Positions 1-10,700 of a DNA stretch of 20,000 nucleotides are shown here, piece by piece. A model generated the notes under the pieces. That model made no database searches, was not told the DNA's origin, and was given only the letters and a program-made list of their open reading frames with translations. Both the position numbers and the translations under genes were made by a program. How positions within the stretch are numbered: the stretch's first letter is position 1; each line of letters begins with the position of its first letter. The stretch is from Reclinomonas americana ATCC 50394 (Eukaryota): positions 69,116 to 89,115 of the forward strand of contig PS015297.1 of the NCBI GenBank assembly GCA_048213135.1. Direction: 5' to 3'.

Positions 1-972
1 ATTACTTCGTTATTGGTGTGGATCCAGATACACTGCTGTCGGCAGGAAGGCAGACACTACAACAACAACAACAGCTTTACGTTATCCAACAGCAACACAG
101 CTGCATGATGATCACCATCTTGAGTGAGCACCAGAAACTCAGACGACACGGAAAATAGCAAGAAAAAGTCGAGATGGCTACATGCTGGCGTTTCTGCAAG
201 AGAAACCACGGCTCATGACAAGCATGGATTTGACGCCGAATTCCACACGGCCCTCTTCGATGGAAAGTGTAGCGCCAAGCGCTGTCACCAAGACCACATG
301 TGCAAGTAGATCATGAGGAAAGCGTGTGCATGGGTGTGAGTCAGTCTCGGTGCGGCCACACATGCGGGTTTATGCTTCTGCGTTCGAATGCAGCCATCCG
401 CGGCCGTTTGCTTGCTTCGCGGATCCGGACCCGGCTTTGCTTTGTGTGCGTTGCTACGGCCTTTCCCCGAATTCGATGTGCCGTGTATGATCGCAGAAAA
501 CGCTATGCGTCTTTGCAAGCGCGTCAAATCCACTGGTCAACCACGCTTATGCTGTGAAGATCGCAGTTCTCGACTTGTTCGGAGCTCCGAGAGCGAACAC
601 ACACACACAAGGGACCTGCTGCTGCCTCAAGATTGGTGTCTGTGTTGATGTTTTGAAAATGTGGGCTTGGTCATCAAGGCAGCTGTTGCTTGTTTGTTGG
701 TGAATGAATTTGTTGTTGTTGTTGCTGCTGCCTGATCATGAATGAATTTGTGAACGTTGTTGCATCTCGGACTCCCGTTGCATCGATATCTTAAGCTTGG
801 ACTCAATTCGAACACGCGTAATTATAAATGAATGCTAAGGCACAGTGCAAGGCATGCCGCACCTCGCACCCTCCAGCCATTTTGAGATTGTGCGATCGGT
901 GCTTTGTTCGATCCAAAATTCCCGCCCATTTGTTGGTTTGCATCACTTTTCGCGCACGCGCCACACACACAA

Positions 973-1045
973 ATGCGTCTTCTCACGCTCTCGTGCGTTC
1001 TCCTCGCGCTTCTCTGCGCTGCTTGCATCGTCAGCGTGGCACATG
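973..1045 (+). CDS. Exon 1: signal peptide MRLLTLSCVLLALLCAACIVSVAH
   Basis: ATG at 973, basic residue plus hydrophobic core, then canonical donor GTGAGT at 1046 (phase 1), frame-compatible with the phase-1 acceptor at 2040. Small intervening exons within 1174-1680 cannot be excluded. Confidence 0.8.
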
Positions 1046-1496
1046 GTGAGTCACACGCACACCACCAGCACACACATTCTCGGGCACACACAACACTTGT
1101 TGTTGCGCAGCACACGCTGCAAGTATGTTCACACTCACACACTCGTCTCTCTCTCTTTCCTCTGGCGTGGCAGTGATCCTTCTGCACACTCGTTGCACAT
1201 TGTGTGTGTGAGGCACTGCTTTGTGTGTGAGATTGGGGCTTGGTGTGCTGGCGAAAATGTCCGCGTGCGCGCACTTGGTTTCCGAGTCTCCCTCAGATTC
1301 TGAGAGATACCCACGCCGCGTCTGCACGCGGAGGAGGTGGGGAACATGCAGCGCGCGCGAGAGAGGACACTGAGTGAAGAAAAAAGTAAAGAGAGAGAGA
1401 GAGAGAGAGGAGTGAGAGAGAAAGAAAACAGACACGCGCTGCGACTTGTACAATTCGGGCATGCATGGGTGTGAAAAAAACGAGACGTGTGTGTGT

Positions 1497-1534
<38 letters not shown>

Positions 1535-3892
1535 GATGATGGAGGCGAATGCACATGCTAATGCATTGGGCGAGCAGTGCGCGTCGCATATCGTGTCTCG
1601 CCAGTCGCAGTGTCGACGACGATTTGTCATTTGTCCGTCTAGTGGCTCGGGGAATGTGCTGCGTGTGAGACAAGAACCTCGGGTCATTCTCTCTCTCTCT
1701 CTCACACACACACTCACTCTCTCTCTCTCTCTTCACACGCACCCCACTCTCACTCTCTTTATGTCAATGATGTTGCTGTGAGGGCGTCTTGAAGCAGCTG
1801 CATTCTAGTGTCTCACGTGCATTGTCACCACGCATAGCACACTCGCTCACATGCACACCCGAAATGCGAATTCTCTCTCTCTCTCTCTCACTCTCTCTCC
1901 CCCCTCCCTCCCCTCCCTCACCCTTGCGCTATATCCATTCGCCTGTCGCAGCCTCTCTCTCTCTCTCCTCTCTCTCCCCTTCTCCCGTCCCCCCTTATTC
2001 TTCTCTCACCCTGGTGCTCATCCCGTTCGTCTCCCACAGCTTCTTCGGCGACGACCAACGCCGCCACCTCCATCTCGACTGTGACGGCGACGCTCAACGC
2101 GTCCGTCGACAACACGTCTGCTTCGCCGAGCAACAACTACTTTGAGCTGGCCGTCGATAGCACGGATTTCACCACGGCGTCGGTGGTCAGTACTTTTGCC
2201 GGCAGCATTGGAACGCACGCGTTCCAGAACGACGATCGACTGCATGCGACGTTTGATAGCCCTGTCGTTGAGTGTCACCTGCTGAAGATCATCACGGGGA
2301 TATTCGTTGTTGAATTCGAATCACTAACACACACACGCACACGTGTTGTGTGCGAGTAGGGGATGACGTCGGATGCACGCGGCAATCTATATGTCGCCGA
2401 CTACCAGTTGCGTAGATGTCTGCATGTATTGCCGTGAGGATGATGCCTTGATTTGATGCTGACTTGTGCGGGCGTGCAGCAATCAATGCATTCGATTCGT
2501 TGATATTCACTCGGGAGATGTGTCGACATACACGGGCGGATGTGGCCAGCCGTACGGCTACGTGAATGGCGGTCCCTCTGCTGCGCTTTTTTACAAGTTG
2601 CGTTGATCGGCTCTTGTGTACGTGTGGGGTATTCTCTCTCACGGGGGCTTCACGATGCTGACGTCGACACGATGCTGCTACAAAACACAGTCCTGTGGGA
2701 TTAGACATGGATCGGCAGACGACGACGCTCTATGTTGGTGATGTGCGTTCCTCACAGTGAGGCGTGAGCGCTATGTGTGGTATCTGTTCTGGCCTTCTCT
2801 AAGTGCGGTGCCTGCTGTCGTGTGGCTTGGTGGACCGTTTTGGTTGACGCCATTTCACTTTGTTTGTTGCGCTTTTATTATATCGTTCCTGATGCGCGGT
2901 TGAAGAGCTGTTTCATCTGTTCAACGTGCTATCGTCTCTCTCTCTCTCTCCCTCTCTCTCTCCCTCTGCTGTACGGCCAAGGCGATCGTACGTACAGCAG
3001 ACACACTCGTCTCTCTCTCTTTCCGTGGCGTGGCAGTTATCCTTATGACACTCGTCGTTCTATATNNNNNNNNNNNNNNNNNNNNNNNNNNNNNNNNNNN
3101 NNNNNNNNNNNNNNNNNNNNNNNNNNNNNNNNNNNNNNNNNNNNNNNNNNNNNNNNNNNNNNNNNNNNNNNNNNNNNNNNNNNNNNNNNNNNNNNNNNNN
3201 NNNNNNNNNNNNNNNNNNNNNNNNNNNNNNNNNNNNNNNNNNNNNNNNNNNNNNNNNNNNNNNNNNNNNNNNNNNNNNNNNNNNNNNNNNNNNNNNNNNN
3301 NNNNNNNNNNNNNNNNNNNNNNNNNNNNNNNNNNNNNNNNNNNNNNNNNNNNNNNNNNNNNNNNNNNNNNNNNNNNNNNNNNNNNNNNNNNNNNNNNNNN
3401 NNNNNNNNNNNNNNNNNNNNNNNNNNNNNNNNNNNNNNNNNNNNNNNNNNNNNNNNNNNNNNNNNNNNNNNNNNNNNNNNNNNNNNNNNNNNNNNNNNNN
3501 NNNNNNNNNNNNNNNNNNNNNNNNNNNNNNNNNNNNNNNNNNNNNNNNNNNNNNNNNNNNNNNNNNNNNNNNNNNNNNNNNNNNNNNNNNNNNNNNNNNN
3601 NNNNNNNNNNNNNNNNNNNNNNNNNNNNNNNNNNNNNNNNNNNNNNNNNNNNNNNNNNNNNNNNNNNNNNNNNNNNNNNNNNNNNNNNNNNNNNNNNNNN
3701 NNNNNNNNNNNNNNNNNNNNNNNNNNNNNNNNNNNNNNNNNNNNNNNNNNNNNNNNNNNNNNNNNNNNNNNNNNNNNNNNNNNNNNNNNNNNNNNNNNNN
3801 NNNNNNNNNNNNNNNNNNNNNNNNNNNNNNNNNNNNNNNNNNNNNNNNNNNNNNNNNNNNNNNNNNNNNNNNNNNNNNNNNNNNNNNNNNNN

Positions 3893-3925
<33 letters not shown>

Positions 3926-5640
3926 TCTCTCTCTCTCTCCTCTCTACCTCTCTCCTCTCCTCTCGTCTACTTCCTTTCCTTCTCTTACTTCTCTCGTCTC
4001 TCCTCCTCCTCCTCCTCCTCCTCCTCCTCCTCCTCCTCCTCCTCCTCCTCCTCCTCCTCCTCCTCCTCCTCCTCCTCCTCCTCCTCCTCCTCCTCCTCCT
4101 CTTCCTCCTCCTCTCTCTCTCTCTCACTGATCGCTGCCACCACCCAGGCCGACAACAACGCCGTTCGCTCGGTGACCTCTGATCGGACGACGTCCACCTT
4201 GGTGGACAACAGCACCAACTTGAATGGCTCGCCTGCGCTTGACAGTGTGTTCAATGTCGCCTTCGATTCGTCGTCGCAGAGTGTGTACTTTATCTCGTAC
4301 AACACGCACACCATTCGGTACGTGTGATTGTGTGAATTCGCCCATCGACTGTATTTCGGATGTTCACTTGGTGGTCGGTGTATGTAGTCGCATCAAGAAT
4401 GACGGAACTGGCGCGATGGTGTTCTGCGGACAGCACAATACGAGCGGAACAACCAATGGTGACTGTGGGACGGCCACGTTCACTCAGCCGTCTTCAATTG
4501 CGGTGGACCAGGCACGAAATGTGCTGTACGTTGGCTCCGGTACTAACATGGTCATTCGGCAAATCGATTTGGCTTCGAACCAAGTGACGACAATTGCGGG
4601 CACTGGGGCGACTGGATCGGCGGACGGGTCTGCGCTGAGCGCGACGTTTCAGTCGACGATTAGCGTGGTTCTGGATGTCACGCGCGACGTGTTGTACGTT
4701 GGCGAACGCAACAACGGAAGTATCCGCCAACTTGACCTGTCGAGCGCGAACGTCTCGACCATTGTCAATGGACCGAGTGGCACTGTGAATGGCTCGCTTG
4801 CAAGTGCGCGATTCCAGTATGCGGTAAGCGATTCTCATCCATTTTGTGTTGGCTGATCTATGCTGTGACTCAACAGCAATCGATCTGACACTGTTCTGTT
4901 TGTGCAGTTCGGCATGGTCGTCAACGGTAATCGGTTGTACGTCACCGGTGAGCTGAGCAGAATGAAGAGGAGAGTGAGTAATCCATTGGTTGTGTAGTGC
5001 ATCTGACGATGGTCTTTTGTGCAGACTTTTCCGGGAGTGTGATACATGTTATCAAGTTTCAACCATCGTCTACGCGGCTCACGGCATCGCCGAGCACCAC
5101 CGGGGCCACCACTTCGGTGTCGGTATCCAAGGCTGTCTCGCAGCTCAACAGCGGAGCGACGTACTATTACCGTGCGGTGACCGTGCTCTCCGACTCGACG
5201 GTGTTGAATGGGTCGACGCTGTCGTTCACAAGTGCGTCTCCGCCGAGCTTGTACATTTACTCGTGNNNNNNNNNNNNNNNNNNNNNNNNNNNNNNNNNNN
5301 NNNNNNNNNNNNNNNNNNNNNNNNNNNNNNNNNNNNNNNNNNNNNNNNNNNNNNNNNNNNNNNNNNNNNNNNNNNNNNNNNNNNNNNNNNNNNNNNNNNN
5401 NNNNNNNNNNNNNNNNNNNNNNNNNNNNNNNNNNNNNNNNNNNNNNNNNNNNNNNNNNNNNNNNNNNNNNNNNNNNNNNNNNNNNNNNNNNNNNNNNNNN
5501 NNNNNNNNNNNNNNNNNNNNNNNNNNNNNNNNNNNNNNNNNNNNNNNNNNNNNNNNNNNNNNNNNNNNNNNNNNNNNNNNNNNNNNNNNNNNNNNNNNNN
5601 NNNNNNNNNNNNNNNNNNTTGTGTAATACTTCTTCCTCTC

Positions 5641-5691
<51 letters not shown>

Positions 5692-6142
5692 CTTCTCGTG
5701 GATTCAACAGCTGCACTTGCGACGAGCAGCGCGGCGACTGCAGTGGCGACTTACACGGCGACTGTGAATGGGTCTATCACGAACAACTCGGGTGCCACTA
5801 GCAGCAACTTTTTCGAACTGGCGCGATCGAGCAGCGACTTCACGACTGTGTCATCGGTGACGACATATGCTGGTACCCTGAACACTCCTGGAACTACCAA
5901 TGGCCCACGCGCGAGTGCACTATTCAATGATCCGCGAGTTACGTCTCGACTGCCATTGCTGGCAGTTGTGTACGACCATGAATGATGTTTCTCCTGACAC
6001 ATGTGACGCATCGTGATGTGCTGGCACTGCAGGCTATTGTTGGCGACTCTGAGGGCAGTTTGTATCTGGTGGAATCAGGGTTGCGTGCTCGTGTCGTTTC
6101 GTGTTCGGCGAAGCTGTCGGTTTGTACGCTTACTGTCTTGCT

Positions 6143-6220
<78 letters not shown>

Positions 6221-7537
6221 TGTGTTGTTCTGTTCTCTCGAGTAGCAATAGCTGCATTCGATACATTGATGCGTCGTCCGGCATGGTGTCGACGTTTGCC
6301 GGCGTGTGTGGTGCAAGTGGTGCACTGGTGGATGGCGCGGCGTCTACGGCGCGGTTCAACAGGTGCGTGCGGGTTTGTGGTATCTGAAATCATTTCATTT
6401 GACTGACATGATGCCGATAATGCTTTGTGCTCGTGTGCAGTCCACGAGGCATCGCCATTGATCTGGAGTCGAGCACGCTGTTTGTTGCTGATGTGCGTGG
6501 GTTCATTATCTTCACATGCTTGCTTTCTCTCTCTTACAAACACTATGTACACGGCGTGCACTCTCCATTCCTGTCTCACCATCCTGTCGCTTTGGGACTT
6601 GGGATTCCCTTCGTTGCTGCATGATTTGTTCACCTCTGCTTGACTGAAGGTGTTGGCTATCAGTGTCTCTGTGAGCTCACTCTTCTTTCACCACAGACCG
6701 CAAACAACGCACTTCGACGAGTGTCATCGACTGGGTACACGACGACGCTGGTCACAAGCAGTAGCGCCTCACCGGCTCCAGACTTCATCTACAGCGTTGT
6801 TTACGATGCGAGCAACCAGGTGTTGTACTTTTCCGAATTCAACCAACATACTGTGCGGTGAGTGGCGCGTGGAAAGTGAGCATGGTGCAATAGAGGAAAG
6901 ATGTGACTTATGTATTACTGAGTTGCTCGGATAATAGTAGTATTTACCAGGTTGACTGCCTTCGTTGTGACTTTCGTTTTGTGGTAGTCTTCTTCCATTT
7001 TCTTTTTGCTGATGTGTCATTTGCATTTGCTGACTCTTGTTTGCTACCGGTCACAGGCGTGTGAACGTCGACGGCTCGTCCATCACCCTGCTGTGCGGTC
7101 AGTATGGTACTTCTGGTGCTGATGACGGCGACTGCTCGACTACTACACCAACTTTCAACGAACCCGCGGGACTGGTACTCGATCTGTCGGTCAATATGCT
7201 ATACGTGGGATCGAAGAGCGGACGCAAGGTTAGGCAGCTGGACTTGGCGGCGAGTCCCATCCAGCTTGGCACTCTTGTTGGCCAAAATACCAGTGGGTTC
7301 ATCGTGGGTGCCGCTGCCGCTGCCCTGTTTGTGGAACCGCGCTCGCTATATCTGGACGAAGTGCGACGGATTCTGTACATTGGGGATTCTTCAGTGGGCA
7401 TCAAGCAGCTCGATCTCACCACCATGATCGTGTCTGCTCTCACAATGCCTGCACTGGGTGCTCTCCCTGTCGATGGGCCAATGACAGATGCGATTGTTGC
7501 CACACCGGTGCGTGTATACTGTGCTGAGTGTGTGTTG

Positions 7538-7569
<32 letters not shown>

Positions 7570-7633
7570 NNNNNNNNNNNNNNNNNNNNCGTACGTACGT
7601 ACGTACGTACGTACGTACGTACGTACGTACGTA

Positions 7634-7672
<39 letters not shown>

Positions 7673-7680
7673 TCGTCGTC

Positions 7681-7769
<89 letters not shown>

Positions 7770-10700
7770 TCTCTCTCGCGTGTTCGTTTGTCAAGTGCAT
7801 TTGAATGCATGTGCGCGTGTATTTTTGCTTGCTTGTCTTTGAATGCTGTGCGCTTTCCCACCCGTGCACTGGCTGATTGCCGCATTGCGTGTTGCAATTT
7901 GTGTCACTTATCTGCTCAATTTTGCAGCATGGCATGTACTTGGCGCAAGGCAATCAACTCTATGTTACCGGTGAGTTGGGAAGTTCTTTTCTTGCACTTG
8001 ATAGATAATGGAAACTGTGCGACTCATTGTGTTTCATTTGTATCAGAGTTTTCCGGTTTGACTGGAGTCGGTCACACGGTTCGATTGATCACGTTGCAGC
8101 CTGGGGAGTGCCGAATCACTGGTGGTCCATCGACGAGCGCGTCAGGATCGACCAGCAGCATCAGTGATGCACTGTCGCAGCTGACGCCTGGATCCGTCAG
8201 CTATTTCCGTGCAGTGACTGTGCTGTCGGATTCGACCGTGGTGGTTGGATCGACGCTGTCGTTCACGACGAGTTGCGTTGGCGATTGAGTGGTTCTCCTC
8301 TTGACTGTCATGGTTTCTGAATCCACTTCGCCTCGTCTTAGATGTTGCACCGTCCGTGACAAGCTTTTCGCCGAGCAGCATTATTGCGGAGACGAGTGGC
8401 GCGCAAATTGTGTTGACGGGCACGGCGTTGCAGGCAGCAGATGTAGTACAAGTGCAGATGGGAGCGGACTGCACGGGTGGCGGCACAGCACTGTCGTCGG
8501 TGTCTGTGACCGGGGATGGAATGACGAAGACGGTGCAGACGAACAGCCTGTCTCTGGCAGTGGGATCGTATGTTTTGTGGTGCGTTTTGTGACGGAGAGG
8601 AAGCAAGAGTGTGACAGTGAAGGAGTGCCGGAGATAGAAAGAAATGGGAAGGCGCGATGTACGAATGTTAGTGCCTGTTTCCCTGCGGTTTAGAAGAGAA
8701 AGGGAGCGAGCATAGGCGAATCATCGAATTTGATAGTTGTTGTTAGTAGTGGGTGTAGCTGTTCTCTAGAGTGTTTGTTTGTAAGCAATTGTGGTCTATG
8801 GAAAGTCATGGGAGAAAGATGAATGAGGGGCAGTTTGAAGGCTGGTATCGAGCCGAGTCGATATGAAACTGACTGCTTGATCTCAACAGCATCCAGTTTG
8901 GAGGAACGGGACTGTGGAGCACTGTGCCGGGGACGTTGTCTGTAGGTGAGCGTGTGTTGCGTGCGAGTTTGTGTATGCGCGCGTTTGCGTGCGAGTGTGT
9001 TTGTGCTTGTCAGACTATACAAGGCTCACGCTACTGTTGATGTTCGGCGCATGCAGTACCGTCTGCGGACTCGTACACACCGGCGAGCATCACGAGCGAG
9101 ACGACGGGACAGAGTGTGACGGTGACCGGCCATGGTCTCACGGCCAGTGACGACGTGAAGCTTGTGTCTGGAACTGGGTGCTCTGGATCGCCGTCGTACA
9201 GCATGACGAGTGGATCGCTGGGCGGGTCAGCGGGTGCACGGACGTTGACGGTGACGACAAGTGATGTGAATCTGACGCCGGCGGGACAGTATTCTGTGTG
9301 GTATGTTTGCACCATGGGTGGTGGTTGTGGGTTGTTCTTGTCTCTTTGCACATACTGCTCTTGCTTGGAAAGGAAAAGTCGCATTGCCACTAACTTGATG
9401 TGGTTGTGTGTGTGTGTGTTTTTCTTCGTGTTCTGTGTCCGACAACCATGCAGCTATCGATTCAACGGCACGGCGTCGTATGTGCAAGTGACATCGACGC
9501 TGGTGACAGTCAGTTTCGTCATTGTATGGAAGCGGGGAGAGAGAGAAAGAGAAAGAGAGAGAGGGAGAGAGAAANNNNNNNNNNNNNNNNNNNNNNNNNN
9601 NNNNNNNNNNNNNNNNNNNNNNNNNNNNNNNNNNNNNNNNNNNNNNNNNNNNNNNNNNNNNNNNNNNNNNNNNNNNNNNNNNNNNNNNNNNNNNNNNNNN
9701 NNNNNNNNNNNNNNNNNNNNNNNNNNNNNNNNNNNNNNNNNNNNNNNNNNNNNNNNNNNNNNNNNNNNNNNNNNNNNNNNNNNNNNNNNNNNNNNNNNNN
9801 NNNNNNNNNNNNNNNNAACGTACAATCGATTGCCGGTGACAAGGAAGCCATACTGAACACAAAACAACGATGAGAGATACGGTGGTCACCCGCACTTGAG
9901 ACATATCAACCGAAATAAAACAGTGCTTACCGGATTCGGTATCCGCGCATTTGCAAGTGAACCGTACCGAAGACCGCCGCCCGAGAGGATAGTCGACACA
10001 GTCATACTCGATAGGTCGAGCTGCCGAATTCTGTTTAGTGAGCCTTCGCTAATGTACAACACATCGCGGTTGGCGTCGAAGCCAATATAGGGTGTCTGGA
10101 AGAATCTTGCGCTGAGTGCAGATCCGTCTGTCGATCCAGTGCTGCCAGTGCCCGCAATCGTCGTCACTTGATTCGTGGCAAGGTCAATTTGTCGAATTAC
10201 CGGAGATAGTCCAGAAGAGCCCACATACAGCACATTGCGTGTTTGATCCAATGCAAGCGACATCGGGAGGTTGAACTTGGCTTGCGTCACACAATCGCCA
10301 TTGACAGTTCCAGTAGAACTCTGTTGGCCACAAAACAACGTCATGCCAGTCCCGTCACTCTTGATTCGTCTAATGCATCGGCAAACAAGTCAGAGTTGAC
10401 ACAACAACAAAAACTTAGTCAGTGGCGCGCGTACCGAATATTACTCGAGTTATACACAACGATGTATACGTACTGCGTCGACGAATCGTACGCGACATCG
10501 AATACATTCAACATCACCGGTGAGCCATTCAAGTTGGTGCTGTTGTCCACCAAAGTCGACGTCGTCCGATCTGAGGTCACTTTGCGCACCGCGTTGTTGT
10601 TGTTCTGCAGATGACAAAAATTGAGGTCATNNNNNNNNNNNNNNNNNNNNNNNNNNNNNNNNNNNNNNNNNNNNNNNNNNNNNNNNNNNNNNNNNNNNNN

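Noticed and set aside
1-900. Short ORFs upstream of the gene (124-309 +, 178-363 -, 285-533 -, 388-648 +)
   Set aside because: No recognisable motifs or consistent exon chain. Could be intergenic, UTR or part of an unrecognised gene.
1174-1680. Possible extra small exons (acceptors at 1173, 1296, ~1610) encoding a propeptide
   Set aside because: No convincing in-frame chain or motif. Exon 1 splices directly in phase to 2040. Unresolved without RNA data.
2407-2479. Non-canonical TT- or downstream GC-starting introns as an alternative reading of the GTTGCGT sites
   Set aside because: GT-AG placement preserves the frame, NHL spacing (D-x-x-N-x-x-I-R) and paralog exon lengths. The alternatives need non-AG acceptors or an extra residue.
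2777-4327. Long ORFs with poly-Ser, poly-Pro, poly-Glu or poly-Arg
   Set aside because: Translation of an N-gap and intronic (CT)n/(CCT)n. Only 4148-4317 is exon.
2040-8271. Assignment as teneurin, TRIM-NHL or NHLRC2
   Set aside because: No EGF, YD/RHS, RING/B-box or thioredoxin domains in the window, so no gene symbol is given.
9931-10369. Diversity-generating retroelement TR/VR pair with 18027-18465
   Set aside because: Differences are not adenine-specific (C/T and T/G changes are present), both copies carry introns, and no reverse transcriptase is visible.
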